DNA from: Spongospora subterranea f. sp. subterranea
Lineage: Eukaryota
NCBI GenBank assembly: GCA_049724395.1
Contig: JAUGWO010000069.1
Location: forward strand, 1 to 64,000
Length of the DNA stretch: 64,000 nucleotides
Direction: 5' to 3'
Position numbers and translations under genes: made by a program. The notes under the pieces are model-generated. The model saw only the letters and a program-made list of their open reading frames with translations. It was not told the DNA's origin and did not search any database. Shown here piece after piece: positions 11,235 to 23,083 of the stretch. The stretch's first letter is position 1. Every line of letters begins with the position of its first letter.

Positions 11235-14200
11235 CATGACGTCTCAAACTTTGCTCGCCAGAGCATCCTCCTGAGCCGGCGTTAGACCCTTCATGCGCGT
11301 TGGCGATTGTTTGAGTTGTCGTCTCCTGACGTCAATTTTCTGACACAAATTCACTTCCCTAACGCCAATTCACTTCCCTAACAGCAATTCACTTTTTAAC
11401 ACTCACTTCCCTAACTTAACACCAATTCTTCCCTAAACCAATTCACTTCCCTAACACCAATTCAATTTTCTAACACAAATTCACTTCCCTAACAACAATT
11501 TTCTTCCCTATCACTTCTCTAACACCAATTCACTTCCCTAACACCAATTCACTTCCCTAACACTTCCCAATTTTCTTCCCTAACACAAATCACTTCCCTA
11601 ACACCAATTCACTTCCCTAACACCAATTCACTTCCCTAACACCAATTCACTTCCCTAACAAACACCAACTTTTCTAACACAAATTCACTTCACTTCCCTA
11701 ACACCAAACTTCCCTAACACCAATTCACTTCCCTAACACCAATTCACTTCCCTAACACAATTCACTTTTCTAACACAAATTCACTTCCCTAACACCAATT
11801 CACTTTCCTAACACCAATTCACTTCCCTAACACCAATTCACTTCCCTAACACTGCCAATTCACTTCCCTAACACCAATTCACTTTTCTAACACAAATTCA
11901 CTTTCAATTCACTTCCCTAACACCAATTCACTTTTCTAACACAAATTCACTTCCCTAACACCAATTCACTTTCCTAACACCAATTCACTTCCCTAACACC
12001 AATTCACTTCCCTAACACCAATTCACTTTCCTAACACCAATTCACTTCCCTAACACCAATTCACAATTCACTTCCCTAACACCAATTCACTTTTCTAACA
12101 CAAATTCACTTCCCTAACACCAATTCACTTCCCTAACACCAATTCACTTCTAACGCCAATTCACTTTTCTAACACCAATTCACTTCCCTAACACCAAATT
12201 CACTTTAACACCAATTCACTAACACCAATTCACACCAATTCACTTTCTTTTCTAACACCAATTCACTTCCCTAACACCAATTCACTTCCCTAACACCAAT
12301 TCACTTTCCTAACACCAAATTCACTTCCCTAACACCAATTCACTTTTCTAACACAATTCACTTCCCTAACACCAATTCACTTTTCTAACACAAATTCACT
12401 TCCCTAACACCAAATTCACTTTCCCTAACACCAATTCACTTCCCTAACACCAATTCACTTCCCTAACACCAATTCACTTTCCTAACACCAATTCACTTCC
12501 CTAACACCAATTCACTTCCCTAACAACAATTCACTTCCCTAACACCAATTCACTTTTCTAACACAAATTCACTTCCCTAACAACAATTTTCTTCCCTATC
12601 ACTTCCATAACACCAATTCACTTCCCTAACGCCAATTCACTTCCCTAACACCAATTCACTTCCCTAACGCCAATTCACTTCCCTAACGCCAATTCACTTT
12701 TCTAACACAAATTCACTTCCCTAACACACAAAATTCACAATTCACTTTCCTAACACCAAATTCACTTCCCTAACACCAAATCCCTAACACAATTCATTCA
12801 CTTCCCTAACACCAATTCACTTTAACACCCTAACACCAATTCACTTCCCTAACAACAATTCACTTTCCCTAACACCAATTCACTTTTCTAACACAAAATT
12901 CACTTCCCTAACACCAATTCACTTCCTAACACCAATTCACTTCCCTAACACCAATTCACTTCCCTAACGCCAATTTCACTTTTCTAACACCAATTCACTT
13001 TTCTAACACAAATTCACTTCCCTCAACTTCACTTTCCTAACACCAATTCACTTCCCTAACACCAATTCACTTCCCTAACACCAATTCACTTCCCTAACAC
13101 CAATTAACTAACACCAATTCACTTCCCTAACACCAATTCACTTTTCCTAACACCAATTCACTTCCCTAACACCAATTCACTTCCCTTTAACACCAATTCA
13201 CTTTTCTAACACAAATTCACTTCCCTAACAACAATTTTCTTCCCTATCACTTCCATAACACCAATTCACTTCCCTAACGCCAATTCACTTCCCTAACACC
13301 AATTCACTTCCCTAACGCCAATTCACTAACACAAATTCACTTCCCTAACACCAATTCACTTTTCTAACACAAATTCACTTCCCTAACACCAACCAATTCA
13401 CTTTCCTAACACCAATTCACTTCCCTAACACCAATTCACTTCCCTAACACCATTCACTTCCCTAACACCAATTCACTTCCCTAACACCAATTCACTTCCC
13501 TAACACCAATTCACTTTTCTAACACAAATTCACTTCCCTAACACCAATTCACTTTCCTAACACCAATTCACTTCCCTAACACCAATTCACTTCCCTAACA
13601 CCAATTCACTTCCCTAACACCAATTCACTTTTCTAACACAATTCAAATTCACTTCCCTAACACCAATTCACTTTCACTTCCCTAACACCAATTCACTTCC
13701 CTAACACCAATTCACTTCCCTAACACCAATTCACTTTTCTAACACAAATTCACTTCCCTAACACCAATTCACTTTCCTAACACCAATTCACTTCCCTAAC
13801 ACCAATTCACTTCCCTAACACCAATTCCTAACACCAATTCACTTCCCTAACACCAAATTCACTTCCCTAACACCAATTCACTTTCCTAACACCAATTCAC
13901 TTCCCTAACACCAATTCACTTCCCTAACACCAATTCACTTCCCTAACACCAAATTCACTTCACCTAACACCAATTCACTTCCCTAACACCAATTCACTTC
14001 CCTAACACCAATTCACTTCCCTAACAACAATTCACTTCCCTAACACCAATTCACTTTTCTAACACAAATTCACTTCCCTAACAACAAATTCACACTTCCC
14101 TAACACCAATTCACTTCCCTAACGCCAATTCACTTCCCTAACACCAATTCACTTCCCTAACACCAATTCACTTCCCTAACACCAATTCACTTCCCTAACA

Positions 14201-15216
14201 CCAATTCACTTTCCTAACACCAATTCACTTCCCTAACACCAAACTTCCCTCACTTTCACCTAACACCAATTCACTTCCCTAACACCAAATTCACTTTTCT
14301 AACACAAATTCACTTCCCTAACACCAATTCACTTTCCTAACACCAATTCACTTCCCTAACAACAATTCACTTCCCTAACACCAATTCACTTTTCTAACAC
14401 AAATTCACTTCCCTAACACAAATTCACTTCCCTAACACCAATTCACTTCCCTAACACCAATTCACTTCCCTAACACCAATTCACTTCCCTAACACCAATT
14501 CACTTCCCTAACGCCAATTCACTTTTCACACAAATTCACTTCCCTAACACCAAATTCACTTCCCTAACACCAATTCACTTTCCTAACACCAATTCACTTC
14601 CCTAACACCAATTCACTAACAACCATTCACTAACACCAATTCACTTTTCTAACACAAATTCACTTCCCTAACACCAACACTTTTCTAACACAAATTCACT
14701 TCCCTAACACCAATTCACTTTAACACCAATTCACTTCCCTAACACCAATTCACTTCCCTAACACCAATTCACTTTCCTAACACACCAATTCACTTCCCTA
14801 ACACCAATTCACTTCCCTAACACCAATTCACTTCCCTAACTTCCCTAACACCAATTCACTTTTCTAACACAAATTCACTTCCCTAACACCAATTCACTTT
14901 TCTAACACAAATTCACTTCCCTAACACCAATTCACTTCCCTAACACCAATTCACTTCCCTAACACCAATTCACTTTCCTAACACACCAATTCACTTCCCT
15001 AACACCAATTCACTTCCCTAACACCAATTCACTTCCCTAAAAAACCAATTTATTTCCCTAAAACCAATTCAGGTCGCGGTAGCCCCCACAATCCACATCG
15101 GCCTGGGATTGATCCATCCGATCGATTTTCGAACCCAGGTTCGTTTCAAACCGAACCAGGTTCGTTTTGAAAATGCCGCTGGGGAGAGAGTCACATTCCT
15201 TTGTATTGTTGGTGTA
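11235..15216 (-). mobile_element. Second, partial copy of the 5' end of the tyrosine-recombinase element, split by the 19-bp satellite
   Basis: 11235-11333 plus 15071-15216 align colinearly with 18455-18553 plus 18568-18708. Confidence 0.9.
11334..15070 (+). repeat. 19-bp satellite, about 3.7 kb (roughly 195 units), containing CCCTAA
   Basis: Unit AACACCAATTCACTTCCCT with variants TTTTCT and TTTCCT. The + strand is almost free of G. Confidence 0.98.
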
Positions 15217-15458
15217 CTGCGATTCTTAGTTCAAATGGAACACTGCGATGATTTAAAGTCGCACTCTGCGATTCTTGAGAGGCCCCCTCATCAAATATCG
15301 CTGACTACGGTAACAGTTAACATGCGGTAACGTGGTCAAAGACTATAGTAACATTTTCAGACATTTTCCTCAATGATTCCATCGTGCTTGATCTTTTGTT
15401 TGATAATAAACTGATCAACCCTTGCGTCCCTGTTGTATCCTGTTCTCGACCTGACACC

Positions 15459-16057
15459 ATGGTCGGTGCACGACAAGCAGGGCTATGCGCTGCAATTGAT
15501 GGCCAGCATGCATCATCAAATACAAAAATGCATGCAATCTACGCTTATTTCTTTTTGGGGCTCACGGTTGCAAAGATTGCCACGATTTTCAGAAAAAGCA
15601 ATGGGTCCATTAGCCGATGGATCAACCGGTACCAAGAAACTGGTGAGGTTTATCGTCGTTCATCCCAGCGATCAAACCCGAAATTTTCGCCCCAGCAACG
15701 CAAATGGATTTTTGAAATTATCTTGAAACATCCGTTATCATTCCTAGATGAAACACGACATGCTTTCATTCTTGAATGGGGGGTAAATATCAGCGTTCCC
15801 AGTGTTTGGAGGATTATGTCGGAGAATAAACTAACTTACAAGGTACGATGATTGAGGTCCGTTGCTTGTCATTGATGAAATCTACGTTCGTATTGCAGTA
15901 CATAGAGCGTTGTGCAATCCAGATCAGCCGCAAAGATATAATTCGATTTTTCAACGAGCTGAAAGCAATTGATTGGACGCATGCAACGTTGACGTTTTTC
16001 GACGAAGTTTCATTCGACAATCGTGGTATGCTCCGTCGTCGAGGTTATGCTCTGAAG
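15459..16057 (+). pseudogene. IS630/Tc1-mariner-type transposase, 3' truncated
   Basis: HTH region (HASSNTKMHAIYAYFFLG..ISRWINRYQETG), intron at about 15843-15898, then FFDEVSFDNRGMLRRRGY with the first catalytic D. The rest of the DDE core is missing. Confidence 0.85.
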
Positions 16058-16276
16058 GTACAGGATGTGGATGACCAAATGCAGTGCTGCGAAATTTCAG
16101 CGCAGCCCGGACAAGTGACGCAGTTTTCGTCGCGAATATTTCATTTCTCCCGAAAACAACAATATAATATGCATGTATCAGCGGGTTCGATTGGTTCGAA
16201 TTGACCGTACACCGGCCACGCACAATTTTTCACCCGATAAAAGTTCACACAATTTTACTGAGAAGGCGACGGCAGT

Positions 16277-18607
16277 TTATTGGTGGAGAAAGCCGCAGCG
16301 ATCGTCGGGATCCGGTCCGGGGCACCTCGTTCGCCCCCAGTCGCTGTGCGAGAAGTTCGACCCCCATCTTCGGGAAAATTCAGCGTCGTCGCCGGAGCAG
16401 TGATCGATCAGGCACCGCATGATCGGGCCGGCCACTGAATAGAAAACCGTTTTCAGCGCCGGGCAAAATCTCATTCGGGATTCTGCAGCTGTTGTACAGG
16501 CCTCGTTGATAGCCCGAACGATGGCCAGCTTCGCCGCGGTGGACTTTGCCTTGCGCAGGTTTTTCCGATCGGCGACATCAAACAGCTGCTCGCTTGGACG
16601 AGCGCGCTTCTCAGGCCGCTGCACCGCCGGATCTGCAGATGAGGGAGCCACAATGCTATTTGCGGAATCATTGTCGACCTGATCGTTGGTGGCATCTGCG
16701 GCGGAACGTAATTTCTGCATTATCTGCAGAAGCCTCGAGCCCAGACTTTCCAAGCCCGCATTTCTCAATTGCTTAAGGATGTCGTCCATTTCCCTCTGCA
16801 AGTCCTCTGTGGCTTCGGACATCAGCAGCAGCGCTTTGGAAATTTGAAGCGGCACGTTTTGAAAATGAACAGGCAGAGCCTTCTGTTGCACTAGGCTGGC
16901 AATCATGCTGCTAGCATGATCTTCCAGAGAAGTGGTTTGCTGAACGTTCCTGTTTAACGCCAGAAATTGGCCAGGGTTGATGACATGAATTGCATGCCAT
17001 TCAGAAGCATATTTCAATAAAATGTTATCCCTGCACTGTAACTAAGCAACAAATATCAAGTTCGGTCTCACTTTCACCTTTGGATCTTGGCCAGATGCAA
17101 AAGAGCAGCAGCGTCCTGAAAATATTTCTGGGCGCTGGCCAGGGTCTTGTGCCTAGCCGATAGCATTATCTGTTCGATCTGGCCACCACCCCATATTGCC
17201 ATGAGGTACCCTGTCTTCCTCAAAGTGTGTGTCCCCCAAGGCCCTCGTCTGCCGATAACTGTTCGGAACAGAGTCTTCAAGCTATGAATCAATATCAGTT
17301 GTTGAGTGTCATGGGTCAGTCAACACATCCCCCGAACAGAACGGTACCTGTGGTTGAACCTGTTATATTCCATAATCCCGCCATTACGGTTAGGGAACAG
17401 ATAATCTCCAGTTGAGCTGGGTCTCAGATGGATCCAGGCCAGTAAATGTCTGACCAGACAAAGCTCCGGAACCTGGTCGTTCCGCCAAATCATCATCAGC
17501 TTGAAGGATTCGTCTGATTTCCCCTTAATCTTGATGCAACACCTCCCCGCTGTCCCGGTTGATAGTGGTTAACCCTGGCACAAAATCTGCCAGCTGAAAC
17601 TCGCACCCTTCTTTGGCTCGCAGGAAAAGCTGGACATGGAACAGGACCATCACCCATTCCTGAAATGCCGAAATGGAGTTTCGACTCAACAGAGCTGTGC
17701 GAACGTCAACAAGCTCATGTGGAAGAAGCGCTGAGTTTCCCTGGGCTTGGTAGTCCGGTAAATCAAATTTAGTGAGCCTTTGGTACCTGTGTTATGACAG
17801 TGTTTAGCTCCGGGATGGAGTAAATCGACACGTTGCAGGAGTTTGGTACCGGTTCTTAACAGCGGCAAGTTCGCGGGGAGATCCACAGCGCCACAGCTGC
17901 GGACGTGATGCATGGAAACGACAACCGCTCAACACTCCCGAATCATAGAGCGTGATACAGTTGTGGCATGGCTCTTGATACGGCCCTCCCTGATTCTTCG
18001 CCACGTGCAGGTTCGAGACAGCACTTAGGAGCTGATTACAAGCGCCGGGATCGTTCCATGCCCCCGACGACACGATTGCCGTGCCTGTAAAGTAATCCCG
18101 GATCGGGCCAACACGAGATGCGTCTGATGCGGCATCGGCAAATATCGACAAGGGAGTTCCGGAAGGCAGCACCTTGAAACCAATATCAGCCATGTGAGCA
18201 ATGGGCAAGTGAGTTGCGAGATGCCATACCTTAAAGTCGATATAGGCCATAAGCGAATCGGCGCTCATGCTCGGACAGAATTCCAAGGGTGCGTTCTCGC
18301 TGAAAACGACGAGAGACGCAAAATCACCAATTCTCTTCAGAAACAATATCAAACCCCGGAAAACGGATCCGTATTGCCTGGAGGAATTGGCCGCTAACAC
18401 TCGCGACCCCATCAGGCCAACCTTCGTTGCCGACAGCGACAAGTCCATTCGAGACATGACGTCTTGAACCTTGCTCGCCACAGCATCCTCCTCAGCCGGC
18501 GTTAGACCCTTCATGCGCGTTGGCGATTGTTTGAGTTGCCGTCTCCTGACGTCGTGCGGCCTTTCTAAGGCCGCGGTATCCCCCACATCGACCTGGGATT
18601 GATCCAT
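16277..18607 (-). mobile_element. Crypton-like tyrosine recombinase gene, 4 introns, one frameshift
   Basis: Spliced translation gives R (LFLRAKE, 17618-17620), K (KGKSD), HTLR (about 17218-17229), H (ARHKT) and Y (QKYF, 17122-17124). Introns at about 18229-18174, 17849-17787, 17347-17282 and 17077-17031. Frameshift near 17540. Confidence 0.85.
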
Positions 18608-19312
18608 CCCGATCGATTTTCGAACCCAGGTTCGTTTCAAACCGAACCAGGTTCGTTTTGAAAAATGCCGCAGGGGAGAGAGTCACATTCCTTTGTATTG
18701 TTGGTGTATAATGGAAGTTATTAATAAATCTACTGATTACATATTTTTTACGAGGGATTCTTAATAATAAATCTATCGATTGATCGTTGTGTATCAGACT
18801 GCGAAGGACAGGTCACAAACTATTTTCGTTAAATTAATTCAGCTACTTTCCAAACATTCATTATTTAATCATTTGATATATTAACCGAGAACATGGTGCC
18901 CGATGAGATCCAGTTGTTGGTCATCCTCTTCATCAAAGTTGCTTCACCATGATGATCAGTAACTGCGAAAACGGTATCGGTGCCATCCTATATGTTGCGT
19001 CAATAAACAAGAGATTTCGCGACGCGTTGGTAGTTGTAAAGTGCTTGATGACCCCATCCACAGACTCTATGGAGTGTGGTTTTTTTCAAAAACGGGCTTG
19101 AGAACCCTAAAAATGAATTGAGACGGTCAGTCGCTTGAGAAAGTTCGGGATCATCGATGGAGCGAAAGTTGTCAGCAGAGCGCGCACCAATCCTTGTAAA
19201 TTGGACTCTGTTGAATATCTGTTTTCTCAACAGGGAGAAAGACTGGGCGCCTGCAGTAATGAAATCAAGCCACACTTATAAAGGTGCGTGAGGCATTCAT
19301 AATCAAAAACAT

Positions 19313-19383
19313 TCACCAATGGTTCAATGGTAGAATGGACGCTTCCCAAGCGTTTGACCCGGGTTCGATTCCCGGTTGGTGAA
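19313..19383 (+). tRNA. tRNA-Gly (CCC)
   Basis: Acceptor stem TCACCAA/TTGGTGA, D-loop AATGGTA, anticodon arm GACGC-TT-CCC-AA-GCGTT, T arm CCGGG-TTCGATT-CCCGG, and a T-run terminator just downstream. Confidence 0.93.
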
Positions 19384-19595
19384 CACTCTTTTTGCACAAT
19401 TCATTCCCAAAGAAACTTTTTGTCGTCACCGCACCGCCTTATCGGCTCTGTTACATTTCGATCCAAATTTAGCTCAATTGGGAACAACGAGGCCGAAATC
19501 CGAATGGAGACTGTATCGTGTATGACTGTACAGCACTAAACTGCTGCCCCCACAGCAGAAATTACAGATCATTTTACAAATATTGGGTTTTAGCG

Positions 19596-22349
19596 ATGGA
19601 GCCTCTAGTACAAGTCGCGGGCAGCCTCATCCGGTTTTCGTTCGCGACGATCACATCGCATTTCATTGGAGAACAGCTCGCCAATTCGCGAATTCGCTTG
19701 CCTCATCTGACTGGATACCTACTTGGTGGATTTATTTCTGGGCCATTCGGTATTGGCCTTGTTACGGCTGAATCGCTATCGCGTTTGGGTTTTCTTAATG
19801 CTGTGGCATTGGCTGCGATTGCGTTCTGTGCAGGAACTGAGCTTTATCTTCCAGGTGCATTCTACACATTCCCTCAGCCTGTGGAAGTATTACTTACTGT
19901 CAAAATTTCATAGACATCAAACCACATTTGAGAGCAATTGTAGGACAGATGAGCTTTATCTGTGTGGCCACAATGCTCTGGTGCGCTGGAATTGTAATGG
20001 TTATAAGGCCTTGGTATGCTCCCGAAACATATTTTATAGTATTTTGTGATAATATCATATCATCTTCCAGGGTCCCCTATATTAATTCGGTGGACTTACC
20101 ATGCCAATGGCAAATGGCTTTGTTATGTGGCTCCATTATGATTGCACGATCCCCATCTTCTGCTTTGGCATTGATCCAGTCACTGTTTGCAAAGGGAGAG
20201 CTGACTGCGCTTTGCATGGGAATTACAGTGGTCAGCGACGCTGTCTTGCTTGTTGTCTTCGCTGTCACCAATTCACTCGCGACCGCTGAATGCCTAGGCA
20301 TGACAATATATGCATATAGTCGTGTATATATTTACTCAGTTGATATCCATTTCAGGTTTTGGTATTGATATATGGGCATTTATCGATCTGGCTATTTCCG
20401 TATTCGGATCTATTCTGGTCGGTTATATTCTAAGCAAATTTATTGTCGTCGCTATGTGGATCCCCATCTTCGCTTCGAGATTCAAAGGCGCAATAATTAT
20501 GGCGGCAGGGTTTGGCGTTTTTATAGGCTCAAGGTGACAAACATTTTCACTATGTTTTACTAAATTTGTAACATTTTCGCAGGCACATGGAAAAGTTGTC
20601 CAAATCCCGATATAACCATGCATTCAAGGTTGAGCCTCTTTTGGTTTGCATCGTTGCCAGTTGTTTTGCCTGTCATGCAAGTTCCAAAAGAAGGATGCTC
20701 TCGATGATCCTTCGGAAGTCCTCTATTCTTGTATTTCTTCCATTTTTCACGCTGAGTAGTTTTTCTTTCTTGAAATTGATGGTATTTCTTAACTTGTTTG
20801 TTTTTAGCTGGAGCCTCTTTCGATATTCAAAACGTGATGCCCGTTCTTCCACTGAGCATCGCATTATTCACTGCTAGAATGATTGCTATCTGGTTTGGGT
20901 CTTGGTCAGGACTAAAATTTATTCAATCCCGCCATTTAAGGGCTAGGTATGTTTTTTTGCTCAAAATATAAATTTACTGAGTGGAATTTATGGGGGACGT
21001 AGATGCACTTATCTTTGGATGACGCTGACAACGCAGGCAGGAGCTGCGATTGGCCTTGCTAATGAAGTTTCGCATTCATTTAATCCTTGGGGTGCGTCGT
21101 TTGCAGACGCAGTAACCTTGGTCGTGATCTATAACCAGATATGTGGGCCTTTTATATTGTAAGGGCCTCCACATTTCAACAATTATCGAGCTGATTTGCA
21201 TCATAGTCGTCTTGCACTTCGGAGAGTCGGTGAAGATCGTTCGCCGAAACAATGGCAGGACAGAGATGTGGCGGTGCTGGGGATTAACCATACAGCAATG
21301 TCCGTTTGCTCAAGGTTATGTCTTTCTGGTTGCCGAATCCGTGTGATTCGCCCACATGGTGTCTCGTTGGAATACGCGCAGAACCAATTGGACGAGGTAT
21401 GTCTTAGTACTGGTACGTGATGAATGTTGCAATAACAACCGTCAGGTCTCACAATCATTGAATCCGGCGAATGAGGCCAACTGCTTTCAGCTTCGTCTCA
21501 TGCCTGATTGCCTTCCTTCCTCAGAAGATTGCGCAATTGGTCCATTGGATGGCCCTCGCCACAAAGTCGACATCGATTATTGCCCTCCTACGGTAACCAT
21601 TGCCCCATTGGATCCTCTGCTCGATGAAGATGAATGTAATCATCCATTAATGGAATCAGGTATTTACCCCATTGCATTAGTCGTTCACTTCGTAACGGGC
21701 ACGTTTATCAGGTTGTACAGTTGATTATCCTAAGTTGGCCGCCTTAGTTCTTCGACTAATACCTGTAGAATGTGCCACAGTGGTGGTCAGCTTAGGGGAC
21801 GATTGTGCCACAATTGATACGTGCCGAATCATTACAACTGTATGCCCACATGTTATTCCCCGTATTGTGGCAGTCGTATCATCCGAATCATGTGCTGCGA
21901 CATTGTGCAAGCTCGGTATAATCGTCGTCCATCCTCATGCCGCCTTGGCGGATGTCACATCAGCATTGGCCTTGACCCATTCATCAGAGGCAGTCAGTAT
22001 CTTGATGCCGGGTAAATTTTCAGTTCGAGCAGCAAAAAACCAAATTCGGTGCAATGACTATACCAAAGACGAACGTTTAAAACCCGGGGGATTTGCAGTC
22101 CCATCTCCAAAAATCTCGGCCAACGACTATCCTAGTTCATCGGATTCGGCAAGTGTAAGGCGCGGATCCAACTGGTCAATGGATGACTGGTCGGTACCGA
22201 TGACGACACGCGGTTATAATTTCCCTGCTCCCGAAATGATGGGCAATGATTGGACTTGGCTGCGACAAGAATTAATCAAACGAAGACGCGAGGCGCAACG
22301 AATAACCGAGCGTCGCCCGCTTTCGTCGCAGTGGATGTCTTTGGGTTGA
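19596..22349 (+). CDS. Multi-exon cation/H+ antiporter (CPA/Kef-like) with a TrkA-N-like cytosolic region
   Basis: RLPHLTGYLLGGFISGPFG, IAFCAGTELYLP, ARSPSSALALI, EPLLVCIVA, TQAGAAIGLA, then DVAVLGINHTA. Many short introns. Confidence 0.85.
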
Positions 22350-22498
22350 ATTGCCTGGAAATAACCCATCACTCTCTATTATCTATGAAATACGTATATA
22401 AACTCTTAAGATTCCCGAGCATGATTACAGAATACAGAAATCGCATATCTCGCGGAGTTTGGTTTTAGTCGTCATTTGGTCGTTGACCGGGCAAAGTC

Positions 22499-23009
22499 AT
22501 GTCGTTGGCCGATGTCGACGAAATCATTGATACCCAGACGCAGATGCGTCGTGTCCTGTATGTTGGAGGTTTGTCAATTGACATGACCGAAGAGATGCTG
22601 CGCGATGCCTTCGTCGTATTCGGTGATTTGGTCGACGTGTAAAGCGAAAAATGTGCAATATTTGCTGCAACCATAACTGACTCCATTATAGTTCTATACC
22701 ATCGGTAGCTACTGGTGTTGGCGAGAAGACTAGGAGATTTGCTTTTATAGAATATGAAGAAGCGGAAGACGCTATCTGCGCCAAGGAAAATATGAACGAT
22801 TCGGAGCTCCTGAATCGTATAATCTACGTGAAATTCGCCGACGAAAGGCGGAGCCTTGAAAAAGCTAGACCTGGTCTGTTTTGCGTATCTATAGTGTTTA
22901 GCGCAATTTAAATGTGTGAAATGCAGTCTGGGCTCAAGCGCCAGTAGAACTTGAGAAAGATAACGATACGCTAGCCGATAATGACAACGCTGTGGAAGAA
23001 CAAGACTGA
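22499..23009 (+). CDS. Small RRM protein resembling the RRM of cyclophilin E (PPIE), with no PPIase domain
   Basis: RVLYVGGL..LRDAFVVFGDL, FAFIEYEEAEDA..ENMNDSEL..I.VKFA, ARPVWA. Two introns, and absent from the ORF track. Confidence 0.8.
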
Positions 23010-23083
23010 AATATCCCCGATTCCTTTTAAATATATAATGTAATTCACCGTTTATACTCTATGGGTTCGAAGTTCGACCGGGT

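Noticed and set aside
11334..15070. A true telomere
   Set aside because: The array is internal, its flanks join into one known sequence, and the unit is 19 bp rather than a simple telomerase repeat.
15217..18708. Fanzor/TnpB nuclease linked to the Tc1 or recombinase element
   Set aside because: I found no RuvC motifs or suitable ORF in any frame.
11235..18708. LTR or DIRS retrotransposon bounded by the direct repeats
   Set aside because: No RT, RNase H or gag is present, and the repeat overlaps the recombinase coding start, so it is a second element fragment.
19327..19539. 70-aa ORF
   Set aside because: It overlaps the tRNA-Gly gene and has a non-ATG start.
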